A stretch of DNA of 64,000 nucleotides from NCBI GenBank assembly GCA_902385225.1, contig CABMEU010000024.1:5606-69605 (forward strand), read 5' to 3'. This document shows, piece by piece, positions 1 through 10,400 of this stretch. The notes beneath the pieces are model-generated. The model made no database searches, had not been told where the DNA came from, and saw only the letters and a list, made by a program, of their open reading frames with translations. Source of the stretch: an uncultured archaeon (lineage in GTDB: Archaea; Iainarchaeota; Iainarchaeia; Iainarchaeales; JAAZKV01). How positions within the stretch are numbered: position 1 is the stretch's first letter; the number at the start of each line of letters is the position of its first letter. Made by a program: the position numbers and the translations under genes.

Positions 1-233
1 GTTTGTATCCCTCAAAGCCTTTGTATGCTTCCCCGTAGTTATCATAATTTTGTTTCTTTTCAGGGTCCGAAAGAACTGAATAAGCGTGGTTTATTTCCTT
101 AAACTTTTTTTCAGCATCATGTTCTTTTGACACATCGGGGTGATATTTCTTGGCAAGCTCTTTGTATGCACGTTTTATTTCTTCAGGAGCCGCTCCTTTT
201 TTGAGGCCGAGTATTGCATAGTAATCAGTCATT
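1..233 (-). CDS. dnaJ: DnaJ/Hsp40 co-chaperone, N-terminal J domain only (gene continues beyond the left edge)
   Basis: Own translation of the reverse strand from ATG at 233: [67 protein letters not shown]. It carries the HPD motif. It is the third gene in grpE-dnaK-dnaJ order. Confidence 0.85.
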
Positions 234-268
234 TTGACGCCTCATTTTAATTTTAATGCCAAACTTGT

Positions 269-415
269 TCAGCTTGCGAGCCACATTTCCTGCTGGAAAG
301 GGCGCGGGCTTTTCTTTGCGGGATTTTTTCTCTGCGCAATTTCCTTTCCTTTTGGCGCCTCAAGCTTCTCATTCTTGGCGTACTGCCCGCTTTTTGGTGA
401 TTCTCTTTCTTCCAT
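269..415 (-). CDS. possible 48-aa charged ORF in the dnaK-dnaJ spacer (hypothetical)
   Basis: Own translation: MEERESPKSGQYAKNEKLEAPKGKEIAQRKNPAKKSPRPFQQEMWLAS. It fills an otherwise unexplained 223-nt gap inside the operon. There is no clear SD and it is below the ORF-track length cutoff. Confidence 0.15.
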   Translation of the reverse strand: MEERESPKSGQYAKNEKLEAPKGKEIAQRKNPAKKSPRPFQQEMWLAS

Positions 416-456
416 AACTCTAAAGCGATTCTTGTCGAGAAGTTTGAAAATTATAT

Positions 457-2328
457 TTATTTTTTCTTTCCTTTATCTTCAAACTCTGCGTCAACAACTT
501 TATCCTCTCCACCATTATCCGCGCCGTTGTCTTTATTATTGTTTGCGCCTGCTCCTGCAGCTCCGGATTGTCCCTGGCTTTGGGAGTAGACCTCTTGACC
601 TACTTCCTGCAGAACAGTATTTAGCACATCCATTTTTTCCTTTACTTTCTGTGCATCTTTCTTCTCTCCTTCAAGAGATTTCTTGAGTTCTTCAAGCCCT
701 GAAGTGATTTTTGATTTGTGTTTCTCGCTTATTTTGTCCTTAAGCTCGGTGAGCATTTTTTCTGTTGAGTATACTGTTGCTTCCGCGTTGTTAAAGATTT
801 CAATTTCTTCTTTTACTTTCTTATCTTCATCCGCGTGGGCCTCGGCATCTTTCTTCATTCTCTCAATATCTTCCTCGTTGAGTTTCTGAGAAGCGACAAT
901 TTTGATGCTTGTCTCTTTTCCTGTGCCGTTATCCTTTGCGGTTACATGAACAATTCCGTTCGCGTCAATATCAAATGACACTTCAATTTGCGGCATTCCT
1001 CTTGGCGCCGGGAGTATTCCAATTAACTGGAATCTTCCTAAGGATTTGTTATCCTTTGCTAGGGGTCTTTCTCCCTGCAGTACATGAATATCAACCGCTG
1101 TCTGATTATCCGCGGCTGTTGAGAATACCTGCGATTTCTTTGTCGGGATTGTGGTATTTCTGTCAATTATTTTTGTGAATACCCCTCCGAGTGTTTCTAT
1201 TCCGAGGCTTAGTGGAGTTACATCAAGGAGTAAAACATCCTTTACTTCTCCAGCTAGTACTCCGCCCTGAATTGCCGCGCCCATCGCAACACATTCCATC
1301 GGGTCTATTCCGCGTTCAGGTTCAAGTCCGGTGATTTTTTTCACAAATTCTTGTATTGAAGGCATTCTTGTTGGTCCTCCAACTAAAATTACTTTGTCAA
1401 GTTCTGCCGCAGTCATTTTTGCGTCAGCGAGTGATTGTGTAACTGGTTTTTCGCATCTCTTCACAAGAGGCGCGATTAGTTCCTCAAGTTTTGCTCTTGT
1501 AAGTTTCATTACGAGGTGCTTTGGTCCTTCTGGTGTTGCTGTAATATAGGGCAAGTTAATGTCCGTTTCAAGCACTGTGGAGAGTTCTATTTTTGCTTTC
1601 TCCGCCGCCTCGCGTACTCTTTGCGCAGCCATTGAGTCTTTCATTAAGTCAACGCCCTGTTCCTGTTTAAAATTATCAACAATGTATTTGAGCAAGTACT
1701 CATCCATATCTGTTCCGCCGAGTTGTGTGTCTCCTGAAGTTGATTTTACTTCGAACACTCCTCCGCCCATTTCCATTATTGTTACATCAAGCGTTCCGCC
1801 CCCAAGGTCGAAAACCATTATCTTTGAGTCTTTTCCTTTTTTGTCAAGACCGTATGCGAGCGATGCCGCTGTCGGCTCGTTAATTATTCTTACTACTTCA
1901 AGCCCTGCAATCTGCCCCGCGTCTTTTGTTGCCTGTCTTTGATTGTCATCAAAGTAAGCAGGAACAGTAATTACTGCTTTTTCAACTTTGTCGCCAAGAA
2001 AACTTTCCGCGTCTCTCTTTATTTTTTGGAGTATGAATGCTGACATTTGCTGTGGAGAATATTCTTTGCCGTCTATTTTGTATTTATAATCGGTTCCCAT
2101 TTTTCTTTTTGCTTTTGTGATTGTTTTGTCCGGATTTGTTACTGCCTGTCTTCTTGCGGGTTCTCCGACAAGGAGTTTTCCGTCTTTTCCAAAAGCTATG
2201 TAGCTTGGGAATGCTTTTCCATAAACCGTGTTTCCTTCCGCTGACGGGATTATTTTTGGTTTTCCACCTTCAAGCACAGCTGCTGCGCTGTTTGATGTTC
2301 CTAGATCTATTCCGATTATTTTTGACAT
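457..2328 (-). CDS. dnaK: Hsp70 chaperone DnaK
   Basis: Hsp70 signatures [20 protein letters not shown] and [10 protein letters not shown]. Start trimmed from the ORF-track TTG (2343) to ATG 2328 ([10 protein letters not shown]), which is preceded by GGAG. Confidence 0.97.
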   Translation of the reverse strand: MSKIIGIDLGTSNSAAAVLEGGKPKIIPSAEGNTVYGKAFPSYIAFGKDGKLLVGEPARRQAVTNPDKTITKAKRKMGTDYKYKIDGKEYSPQQMSAFILQKIKRDAESFLGDKVEKAVITVPAYFDDNQRQATKDAGQIAGLEVVRIINEPTAASLAYGLDKKGKDSKIMVFDLGGGTLDVTIMEMGGGVFEVKSTSGDTQLGGTDMDEYLLKYIVDNFKQEQGVDLMKDSMAAQRVREAAEKAKIELSTVLETDINLPYITATPEGPKHLVMKLTRAKLEELIAPLVKRCEKPVTQSLADAKMTAAELDKVILVGGPTRMPSIQEFVKKITGLEPERGIDPMECVAMGAAIQGGVLAGEVKDVLLLDVTPLSLGIETLGGVFTKIIDRNTTIPTKKSQVFSTAADNQTAVDIHVLQGERPLAKDNKSLGRFQLIGILPAPRGMPQIEVSFDIDANGIVHVTAKDNGTGKETSIKIVASQKLNEEDIERMKKDAEAHADEDKKVKEEIEIFNNAEATVYSTEKMLTELKDKISEKHKSKITSGLEELKKSLEGEKKDAQKVKEKMDVLNTVLQEVGQEVYSQSQGQSGAAGAGANNNKDNGADNGGEDKVVDAEFEDKGKKK

Positions 2329-2385
2329 ATTCTCACGCTCCAATTTTCTCCAAATTTTTATTTTTATTACTAAAAATAAATATAA

Positions 2386-3006
2386 TCATTTTTTTTCTTT
2401 GTTATTTTCCTGCGCCGGTTCTTTTTCTTTCTCCAAAACATTCACGCTTACTTTTGCCGCCCTCAATACTTTTCCGTTCAATAAATATCCTGTTAGCATC
2501 ACCTGCGCAACTGAATTGTCAGCGCATTCCGCATTTTTTTCCTGCATTAAGCATTCCATTATATCATGATTGAATTCTTTTCCTTTCTTCGCGTCAATTT
2601 TCGCAAGCCCGTTCTTTTTTAATATTCCAAATAATTGTTCATATACTATCGCCAAGTCTTTGCTGTGAGCCATTCCTGATTCGAGCGCATCAAGCACCGG
2701 AAGCAATTCTTCCATTAGCTTTGCGTTCGCGTATTCTCTGAACACCTCATTTTGTTTTGTGTTTCTCTTTTGATAATTCTCAAATTCGGCCTGAAGTCTC
2801 TGAAGTGTATCCGTGAGTTCCTTCACTTTATCAACCGCAACTTCTTTTTGCGGGGTTTCTTTTTGCTTTGCAAAAATATTTTTTATTCCTTTATGAGTAT
2901 CTTGTGCTTGCGCCCCGTTTTGGGCTGCTGTTTGTTCCTGCGGGGTACTTTCCTTGGCATTGTTTGCCTTGCCATCAATTGCCCCCTCTTTCACATTTTC
3001 AGCCAA
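2386..3006 (-). CDS. grpE: nucleotide exchange factor GrpE
   Basis: LQRLQAEFENYQKR followed by LLPVLDALE is the typical GrpE coiled-coil/beta-domain pattern. It lies directly upstream of dnaK. The start is non-ATG (TTG at 3006 or GTG at 2994). Confidence 0.9.
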   Translation of the reverse strand: MAENVKEGAIDGKANNAKESTPQEQTAAQNGAQAQDTHKGIKNIFAKQKETPQKEVAVDKVKELTDTLQRLQAEFENYQKRNTKQNEVFREYANAKLMEELLPVLDALESGMAHSKDLAIVYEQLFGILKKNGLAKIDAKKGKEFNHDIMECLMQEKNAECADNSVAQVMLTGYLLNGKVLRAAKVSVNVLEKEKEPAQENNKEKK

Positions 3007-3037
3007 TTAACCCACCAGTGTCATTTGTAAGTATCAT

Positions 3038-3129
3038 ATTGTCCTTAGACTCGGTTTAAAAAACAACCCCTTTCTGTCTAAACTATCTGGACAATAAAGT
3101 AATTGTTTAATCAAAACCTTTATAAATAC
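3038..3129. promoter_or_regulatory. divergent promoter region between grpE and the wHTH gene, with an interrupted inverted repeat bracketing one TATA box
   Basis: TATA-like GGTTTAAAAAAC lies at 3053-3064, about 50 nt from the grpE start. It is flanked by ATTGTCC-TTAGAC (3038-3050) and GTCTAA-(7 nt)-GGACAAT (3076-3095), which are reverse complements. A second TATA, TTTATAAA, starts at 3119, 39 nt before ATG 3158. Confidence 0.35.
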
Positions 3130-3157
3130 TTCTTTCAATAGTATTTCAGCTGGTTTT

Positions 3158-3766
3158 ATGGTCAAATCTAAGCGTTTAAACTCTATTTACCCCGATATTT
3201 ATCGTCCAGAACTCGCAAATACCATAGCTAAAATCACCCAAAAACAGGGTAAAAAGCAATCAAAAAAAGCCAAAAAGAGGGAAATGCCTGGCGAAACTGC
3301 ACCCGAATATGCTTTGCCCATCATGAAGGGCTCGGTGAAACATGTTCCCACTAAACGCTCTCGCTTCAAAGTGGTTGTGAGAAAAGTTGAGCGCCCGTTT
3401 AGAGATGATTTTGAGCACCAGCTCACATGGATTTGCTCCTCGCTTGGTTTTTTTGAGCCAATAGATAAGGAAAAAAATGCTGCGGCAGTTTTTAAGGAAC
3501 TTGTTCTTGCTTCAGAGAAAGGAGTTGCGCTTACTAGCACCGCGCTTGCTGAAAGAATCGGGATGAGCAGGGGGGCTGTGATTAATCACTTGAATAATTT
3601 GCTCCGCTCAGGACTTGTGGAGAAAGCGGGAAGATATTACTCCGCGCGCTCAAGGTCAATGAAGAGAACAATTGAGGAAATTGAGGAAGATGTAGACAGG
3701 ATTTTTACACAGCTAAAACGGGCCGCGGAAGAAATTGATACGCAGATTGGATTCGAGGATGAATAA
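3158..3766 (+). CDS. winged-helix (wHTH) DNA-binding protein, putative transcription regulator divergent from grpE-dnaK-dnaJ
   Basis: The C-terminal half LTSTALAERIGMSRGAVINHLNNLLRSGLVEKAG fits the HTH plus wing pattern of ArsR/MarR-like regulators. The N-terminus is basic. Confidence 0.6.
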   Translation: MVKSKRLNSIYPDIYRPELANTIAKITQKQGKKQSKKAKKREMPGETAPEYALPIMKGSVKHVPTKRSRFKVVVRKVERPFRDDFEHQLTWICSSLGFFEPIDKEKNAAAVFKELVLASEKGVALTSTALAERIGMSRGAVINHLNNLLRSGLVEKAGRYYSARSRSMKRTIEEIEEDVDRIFTQLKRAAEEIDTQIGFEDE

Positions 3767-3797
3767 TTTAAATTAAAAAAATTAAGAGCGACCTTGT

Positions 3798-4421
3798 TTA
3801 TTCTTCACGCAAGTGCTTGTCACAATTTAATTCAACAATTTTAACTTTGCCCCCATCAATAATAAATTTTGAAACACCTGTGTTTTTATAATTCATATCC
3901 GCAATTTTTGTGAAATTGTCTTTAGTAAGTTCAAGCAGCAGAGCTTTGGAGACTACTCCGTGAGAGATCACAAGCGCATCTCTATTGGCCTGAATTATTC
4001 TCTTTAGAAATTTTTTTGTGCGAACATGCACTTGCTCCCAACTTTCACCCTTTGGAATAACAAAAGTGTATCTTTCTCTTTCCCGTTTTCTCCACATCGG
4101 TCCGTGCTCTTTGTGCGCCAGAATTTCCTCTCTGGACATTCCATCCACTACCCCAAAATTCATTTCAACCAGGTCATTCTCAATAATAAGTTCTGCGCCA
4201 GGCAAGAGTTTTTTTATTATTTTTGCAGTATTTAGCGCTCTTTTTAGCGGGCTTGAGTATATTATATCAATCTTTTCTTTGCTTAACCTTTTTGCAAGCT
4301 TTCTCGCCTGTTCTTCCCCTTTTTTGGATAAATTATTATCAGATCTTCCCTGCATTAGGAGAAAATCATTCCACGGCGTATGCCCGTGCCTTGTGATAAT
4401 TAACTGCATAACCAAATTCAC
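3798..4421 (-). CDS. histidine phosphatase superfamily protein (phosphoglycerate mutase-like)
   Basis: N-terminal ITRHGHTPWN (RHG catalytic motif) and a downstream ISHG motif. Confidence 0.8.
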   Translation of the reverse strand: MNLVMQLIITRHGHTPWNDFLLMQGRSDNNLSKKGEEQARKLAKRLSKEKIDIIYSSPLKRALNTAKIIKKLLPGAELIIENDLVEMNFGVVDGMSREEILAHKEHGPMWRKRERERYTFVIPKGESWEQVHVRTKKFLKRIIQANRDALVISHGVVSKALLLELTKDNFTKIADMNYKNTGVSKFIIDGGKVKIVELNCDKHLREE

Positions 4422-4459
4422 TAGAAGAATTAGCCTAAATAATTATTTAATTAGTGCTT

Positions 4460-7400
4460 TTACTGCGAATTTGCTGGAAAGCATTTTGTTAGTGAAGCGC
4501 TGCTGCTTCCTGTTGATGCCGCAAGGTCCCTTATTAAAGTATTGAGATATTTTTGATTCCACCATACTTTGAATCCGCCGTTTTGAGTCGGACCGACGCA
4601 CATCTTCTGCGCTTTCACAGCACCAAGTATTTCTTTTACTGACCCAAAGTAAGGCGCGCGAGAATCAACATAGCTGCTTATTGAGGCTGACTTGCCGTCA
4701 TTGCTTGAGTAGCTGTCTATTTTCACATTCGCCTGGTCCCCAAGGTTTACATTAATTGCGTTTCCAATATAATTTGGAGCGAAGAAAGTTGTTGCGAGTT
4801 TTAAGTATCCCGACTTTGAAGAATCACTCCAGTTCAATTGGCGCTTATTAGTGCTCCCATCGCCAGTGTCAGTATAATACACGGGCTGTTTGTTTGAGAA
4901 GTCAATGCAGAAAGAATTAGTTGTATCAAGATTTGAATCAATGATTCTCCATGTTTTTTGGAAGTTTGAAGTGCTTGTAGAAGGATTAACGAAGTATTCC
5001 GCGTGCACCGCGGATGGCGCCAAACCATTAATAGTAAGTATTACCGGAGTTGGTTTTGTTGAGAGAAGTTTTAATTGCCTTACTCCGTTCTCAACATAGT
5101 ACTCAAGCACAGTGCCGTTATTGAGGCGGGATAAATTAGAGTCAGTTGAAACATTTAGATTCACAAGCGCATGCTGCGGGTCATACTCATAATCAATTAA
5201 TGACTGCGCGCTCTCGGGAATTATCCCGTCCTGAATCTTTAATATCTTCGAAGTCCCGTAGAAAGTTGAAGCGTCCATTCCTCTCCAAGCTAATGTATCC
5301 GTCCCAATTGATGTCTGCCCCACTGGCCCGTCAAACGGAAGCTCATACAAGGGGTTTGCGTACGGAGGGTCTTTTGCGAACTGGAAAGTAATATTTAATT
5401 CAGCAACAGGACCGTTAATTCCCATTATTGCGGGGTCATCCGAATTTTCATATACTGGCTGTATTTCCACTCTGTACATTCCTGCTGAAGATAAATTTGC
5501 TCCGGGCGAAACCGCGCCGCTAGAGTCTCTAGTAAAGAAATGTATTCTTGTTCGTCCCGCGGAGTCTCTTATGAACTGGTCATACCCAAACTCTCTGTCC
5601 CTAAATGTCGTGTCTGCTACTAAGTTGCCGGGGTATGCAGCTTTAAACGCGTCAAGGAAATACTGTGTGTAATTATCTTTCATCAAGTACGCGTAAAATC
5701 CGCTTAGTGTAGGAATTGTAGAGTCCCCTCTTGATAGGGCGTTGTTGAGCATTGGAAGTCTCTTAAATAAGCTCACTGTGAATTGCGCCGCATCGCAATA
5801 ACTATAATTAACATTATTCGAATCGCATTCGTTGTAATTAATCGCATTCCAGTCCCAATTAAATTTTAATCTTGGCGCATAATTCGTCCCTGTGTATCCT
5901 GGCTCTCCGGTTGGAGAGAAACAATTCGCCGCGCCGGCTTTAATCTTTACCCTAAATGTTCTTGATTTTTTCTCAAGCACCCCTGTCTGCGGATTTTTCG
6001 CCCAGTCAGTAACAGTCAAGTCAGAGTAATTTGTATCAAACACGCTTACATTTGTTATATTGAAATCAATGTTTGGGGTTGTCACTCCCTGCTGCGCAAC
6101 TGTTCCTGTGTATTCCGCGCGCACTTCCCCGTTTTGCAAATATACTTTTACTCCGCTTGCTGCGAGTATATTCGCGTACGCTTGAGGAATAGAATACATT
6201 ATTTTTCCTGTCGCGTCATACTCCACAAGCGGGTCGCTTGCGGGTTTTACAGTCCAAGGATGCCCTGTTGTTGTTGATGCTTCAAGCGCTCTCTCAGGAT
6301 TCACAAACGAGGTTGCGTTGCTGCCATAGCTATAGCCGCTTGTCTGCTCGGCCACACTCAGAACTTTGAAGATAGAAGTTGTCGGAAGCCCGTTTGGGGA
6401 AACTATTTGCACATCTCCCACTTTAAGAGGAGTATTATTCACTCTATTCCATTCGCTGTTAGTTGAATAAGAGGACATGTTTGTCCATCTTGCCGCAGGA
6501 ATTGCGCTTGCTGAGAACTCGGATGGAGCAAGATAACTTGTTGAATCCTGATTTGCGCCATTGTTTGGAACTATGTGTATTGTTCCAATAAAAATTGCCC
6601 TTCTCTCTTTTAGCAATTCTTTTTTCATGAGCTCCCCGAACTGGAAGCCAAAAGCGTATTGATTTACATGGTAATGCGCCATTGGTCTTGAAACTTTAAG
6701 ATAAAATACCCCGTTGCCCAGATCCGCACTTTTTACATAAATGCTTTCATTAGCGGCCGGGACAGCCTCAAGACAATATTGGCTTGATTGCTCCGGATTT
6801 GTGTTATTCGCTGGGGGGCAAAGAATAAGAGCTTGCCCGCGTGTTTCATTAATTGTTCCTGTCCAAGCCGGGCCTAAATCAAGCCAGTTCTCAATAGAGG
6901 AACTAACACCCGAGCCTGATTCGGTCGGATTTAATTGCGGTATATTCAGCAAGTTTCCATAGAAGTCAGTTGCCTGTCCGTTTTTCTGTCCCCAAAGAAG
7001 TTCAACATCGGTAGCGTAGGGAAATGGTCTTTCTGAGACAACATTTACTCCGAGCGGATTGCCAAGGGGTATCCACGCGAGTCCTCGGCTGTACATATTA
7101 TCCTGCAGCGCAGAATTGTATGCGTCAGTTAGCGGCTGGCATCCAAGCGGACCGCAGGAACTTGTACTGATATTATTTGAGGCGGCCCAAGAGTTCCACT
7201 GTGCAGAAAGCGAGGGCGCTGCAACAGTTGAGCCGTTTACAACACTTATTCCATTTGCCACAAGCGCGTTTGGGTCCCGCGGGATATCAATATAGGATCC
7301 TTTTCTCAGCGGGTCTCCGGGTGAAGCTTGGTTCTCAGGAGTAACTGGAACAAAGCTTCCAAATGATGCCGAGGATACTTTATTTTCCTGCGGCTCTGCT

Positions 7401-10400
7401 GATACTCCCGGTTCCGGTTTAGCGATTGAGATTCCATTGTAATCCATTGTCGCACAAATATCATTCAAATTAGTTGCAAGCCCATTTTGGATATAATCTG
7501 CGCTGATGTTTCTTGGGAAAATCATATTGTATGCCGCATAGTAGGGGGTGTATATTCCATAATTAATATTTGTAAATACTCCTCCGCATCCCACTACACT
7601 TTCTATCGCCGAGCCGACTACATACACATTCAAGTCAAACGGCGCAATGTACCCTGGTTTTTTCCAGTCAACCGTAACCGAGGAATCCGTATTGCTTGTC
7701 CCTGGTTTTGTCACTGCAAGAACCGGATTAAAAATATCTTTTCGTCCGTCAAAGCAGTTGTTTGTAATTGTTCCGCCCGCGCTCTGCTTTTCCAAAAAAT
7801 TAAAACTTGTTTTATCAATTGTGAAGCAGTTTCTCGCGGTGTTTGTGTCAATCAAATTAAGCTCAAGTTTTCCCGCGTATTCAGAATTTCCTATCGGCTG
7901 CTGGGAGGAATTAAGCGGGGTTATCTTCGCGCTTACTTGGTATATTCCAAGTATTGAATAGTTTGACTGCGAGTATGCTACTATGCGCGCTGGAGAGGAA
8001 TCCGCATCAAGTATTAAGTTTGAAGTGTCAATTGAGATTCCGTTGCTCCTTGGCTCAACCGAGAGGGTTACTGAGGTAAGTCTTCTGCACTCAGGAATTC
8101 CGCTGTCAAGCTGAACTGTGAACTGCATATTTTTTCGCTCGGGGTCATTAATGTTTAAATTAATCGGGTCGCTCTCGGATGTAACCTGAGTATCCCCAAC
8201 TTTTATTATCAGGCAATTTGTGGGGGCGAGCAGGGACGCGGGCATTGCCTCAGTAACAATAACTTCTCTTCTTACGCTTGCTGAGGAATAATTATCGCTG
8301 GCTTCAAAGATTATTTTCGCTCCCTTCTGAACATTTGTGAGATTGAGGCTTGTTATTTGCCTTCCGCCCGCATCAGTTCTTCCCTGCCCCACATACTGTC
8401 TTGGAGTTGTTCCATCAACATACGCTACCCAGTCGGCGGGTGCATTTTCATCCCTGATTCTTGCCATGTTCGCGCTTGGGTCAACAAAATAAGTATTCAC
8501 AATCGCCCCCGGGTATTGAGATTTCTCATAAAGAGTGTTTTCAACACCCGTTGCGTTAAATGAAAGTGTAATTGTTTTTCTGCTTCTTATTAGAAAGTTT
8601 AAGTCTGATTTGTTTCCGGGCGTGTTAGCATATGAAATCACTCCGTTTGCGGAGCGCACTCTTTGAGTAAGCTTGACTATTCTTGATGCGCCTGATGTCG
8701 GAGTAATCTTTTTAGTGGTTAATTTTATGCCCTGATTTGTTGTCTGCCCGAGCGGGAGAAGAGTTATCTCTTTTATTGAGGAAGTTAAATTTGGAAATAT
8801 GCTCAAGAAATTTGAGTCGTCAAGTGTAATATCAGAAGCAAGGTATGCTGTCCCGATATCCTTGTCAGTGGTGTTTCTTACTTTTGTTTGTATATAATAA
8901 TTATAATCAAGCCCCGCGCTGTCATACAATAATTTCTGGGGGTTCTCTATCGGCGCGTAATTTCTCCCGTTCCAGGAGATTTCTGTGTCAAATAAGAACT
9001 GCGGGCAGTCAGAGAAACAGAACTTTTCACCTATGTTAAAATCTTTGTGCTGCACTAGCCCGTACTGTGCGTCAGATTCCGCCTGATAATTTACATACAC
9101 GCTGCCTTTTGCGTTTGCGTCAACTCCCAGCACTAATATTATTGGAATTACCTGCGGTCCCCTTTGCTGGTCATAATTCAAATTTACTTGTTTTGCCTTT
9201 GGATAATCCCCTTGGGCTGCCGAGTAATCAACAAAAAACGGGGCGGCTTTTGTATCTGTTTTTAGTGTAATTGAATTGTCAATTGAATAAGCGTCAGCAA
9301 TATAAATATTCGAATCCCCAGAAATCCCCGCAACTGTATTTTTATCGTCAGGGCTTACTGAGAAGCTTGCGATTGTGTTCATATCGCTCACTTTGTTTAG
9401 CACAAGGTCAAACGCAAGGTAATATCTTCCGCCGGGCATTAATTTATCGGCTGCCGTTACAGCTCCGTTTGAGCTCCCGTCAAATGGATTTGCAGAATAA
9501 ATTTGTCTTAGAATTAGTTGGGTTTCCTTTGTATTAGGAAGCTCGTCTTGTTTTCTCAAATATGCGTTGAATGCTTTTGGATTTGGCGTTCTTGTTACAT
9601 TAACAAGCTGACTTTCGTATTTGAAATAATTATCTATGCGGGCAACCATCTTTATCTGCTTCTCAACCCTAAGTTCAGATGTGGTGCATGCGCCGTTTAC
9701 AGAGAGCACTGTTGAGAGTTTTGTAAAAGTTGTTCCAGTTTTTTCATAAAAATCGCATTCCCCGTTAAGAGCCTGATTATTTTGCGCGTTAAGCAGGAAA
9801 AATTTCAAAACCCCTCTTCCGGTGATTATTTTCACGGTAACAGTTTTATTTATTTCACTAAGCACTATTCCATTAAGTGTGCCGGAGTCTGTGAGATTGT
9901 TCGCGTCAATCCTGTAAGTTCCTGCGGGGAGGTTTGAGAAAGTAACATTCCCGTTTGTATCGGGGCGCTGTGCTCGGTATAATGGAGAAGAAAAGCCGGT
10001 AATGTAAAGCGAGGCGTTTGTTGAAGCGTCTTTTTGGGGCTCGTTTAAGTCATTAATTATCTTTGCAACAAGGCTCACTCCGCCGGAAACCATTGAGACT
10101 TCAACTGGGCCCAGCCTTCTTGGTCTTGGGACCACATCAATTATTTTTATTTCATAAGTCGCGTAATTAACTACGGCTTTGTAATTATAATTTGTGTCCG
10201 AAATAAACGCGGGTTCTATTGTTCCGTCCATTGCGGTGTATCTTGTGAGGAAATTTATGCTGCTGCTCCCGTCTTTTGCTATCTGGTATAATTCAACCTG
10301 CGCGCCGGAGAGCGGAAGAGTTCCGGCGGTTGCTTTTATCTGAATTACGTTCGCGTCCGGCTGGTTTACATCCGGAGTCGGGTCGCTAAAGTAAACGCTC

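Noticed and set aside
234-3059. Many plus-strand ORFs (150, 68, 89, 72, 127, 65, 150, 113, 92 and 63 aa) overlapping dnaK and grpE
   Set aside because: They are Ser/Phe/Leu-rich antisense shadows of strongly supported minus-strand genes. They have no motifs and no SD. The same reasoning applies to the numerous short opposite-strand ORFs listed throughout the track.
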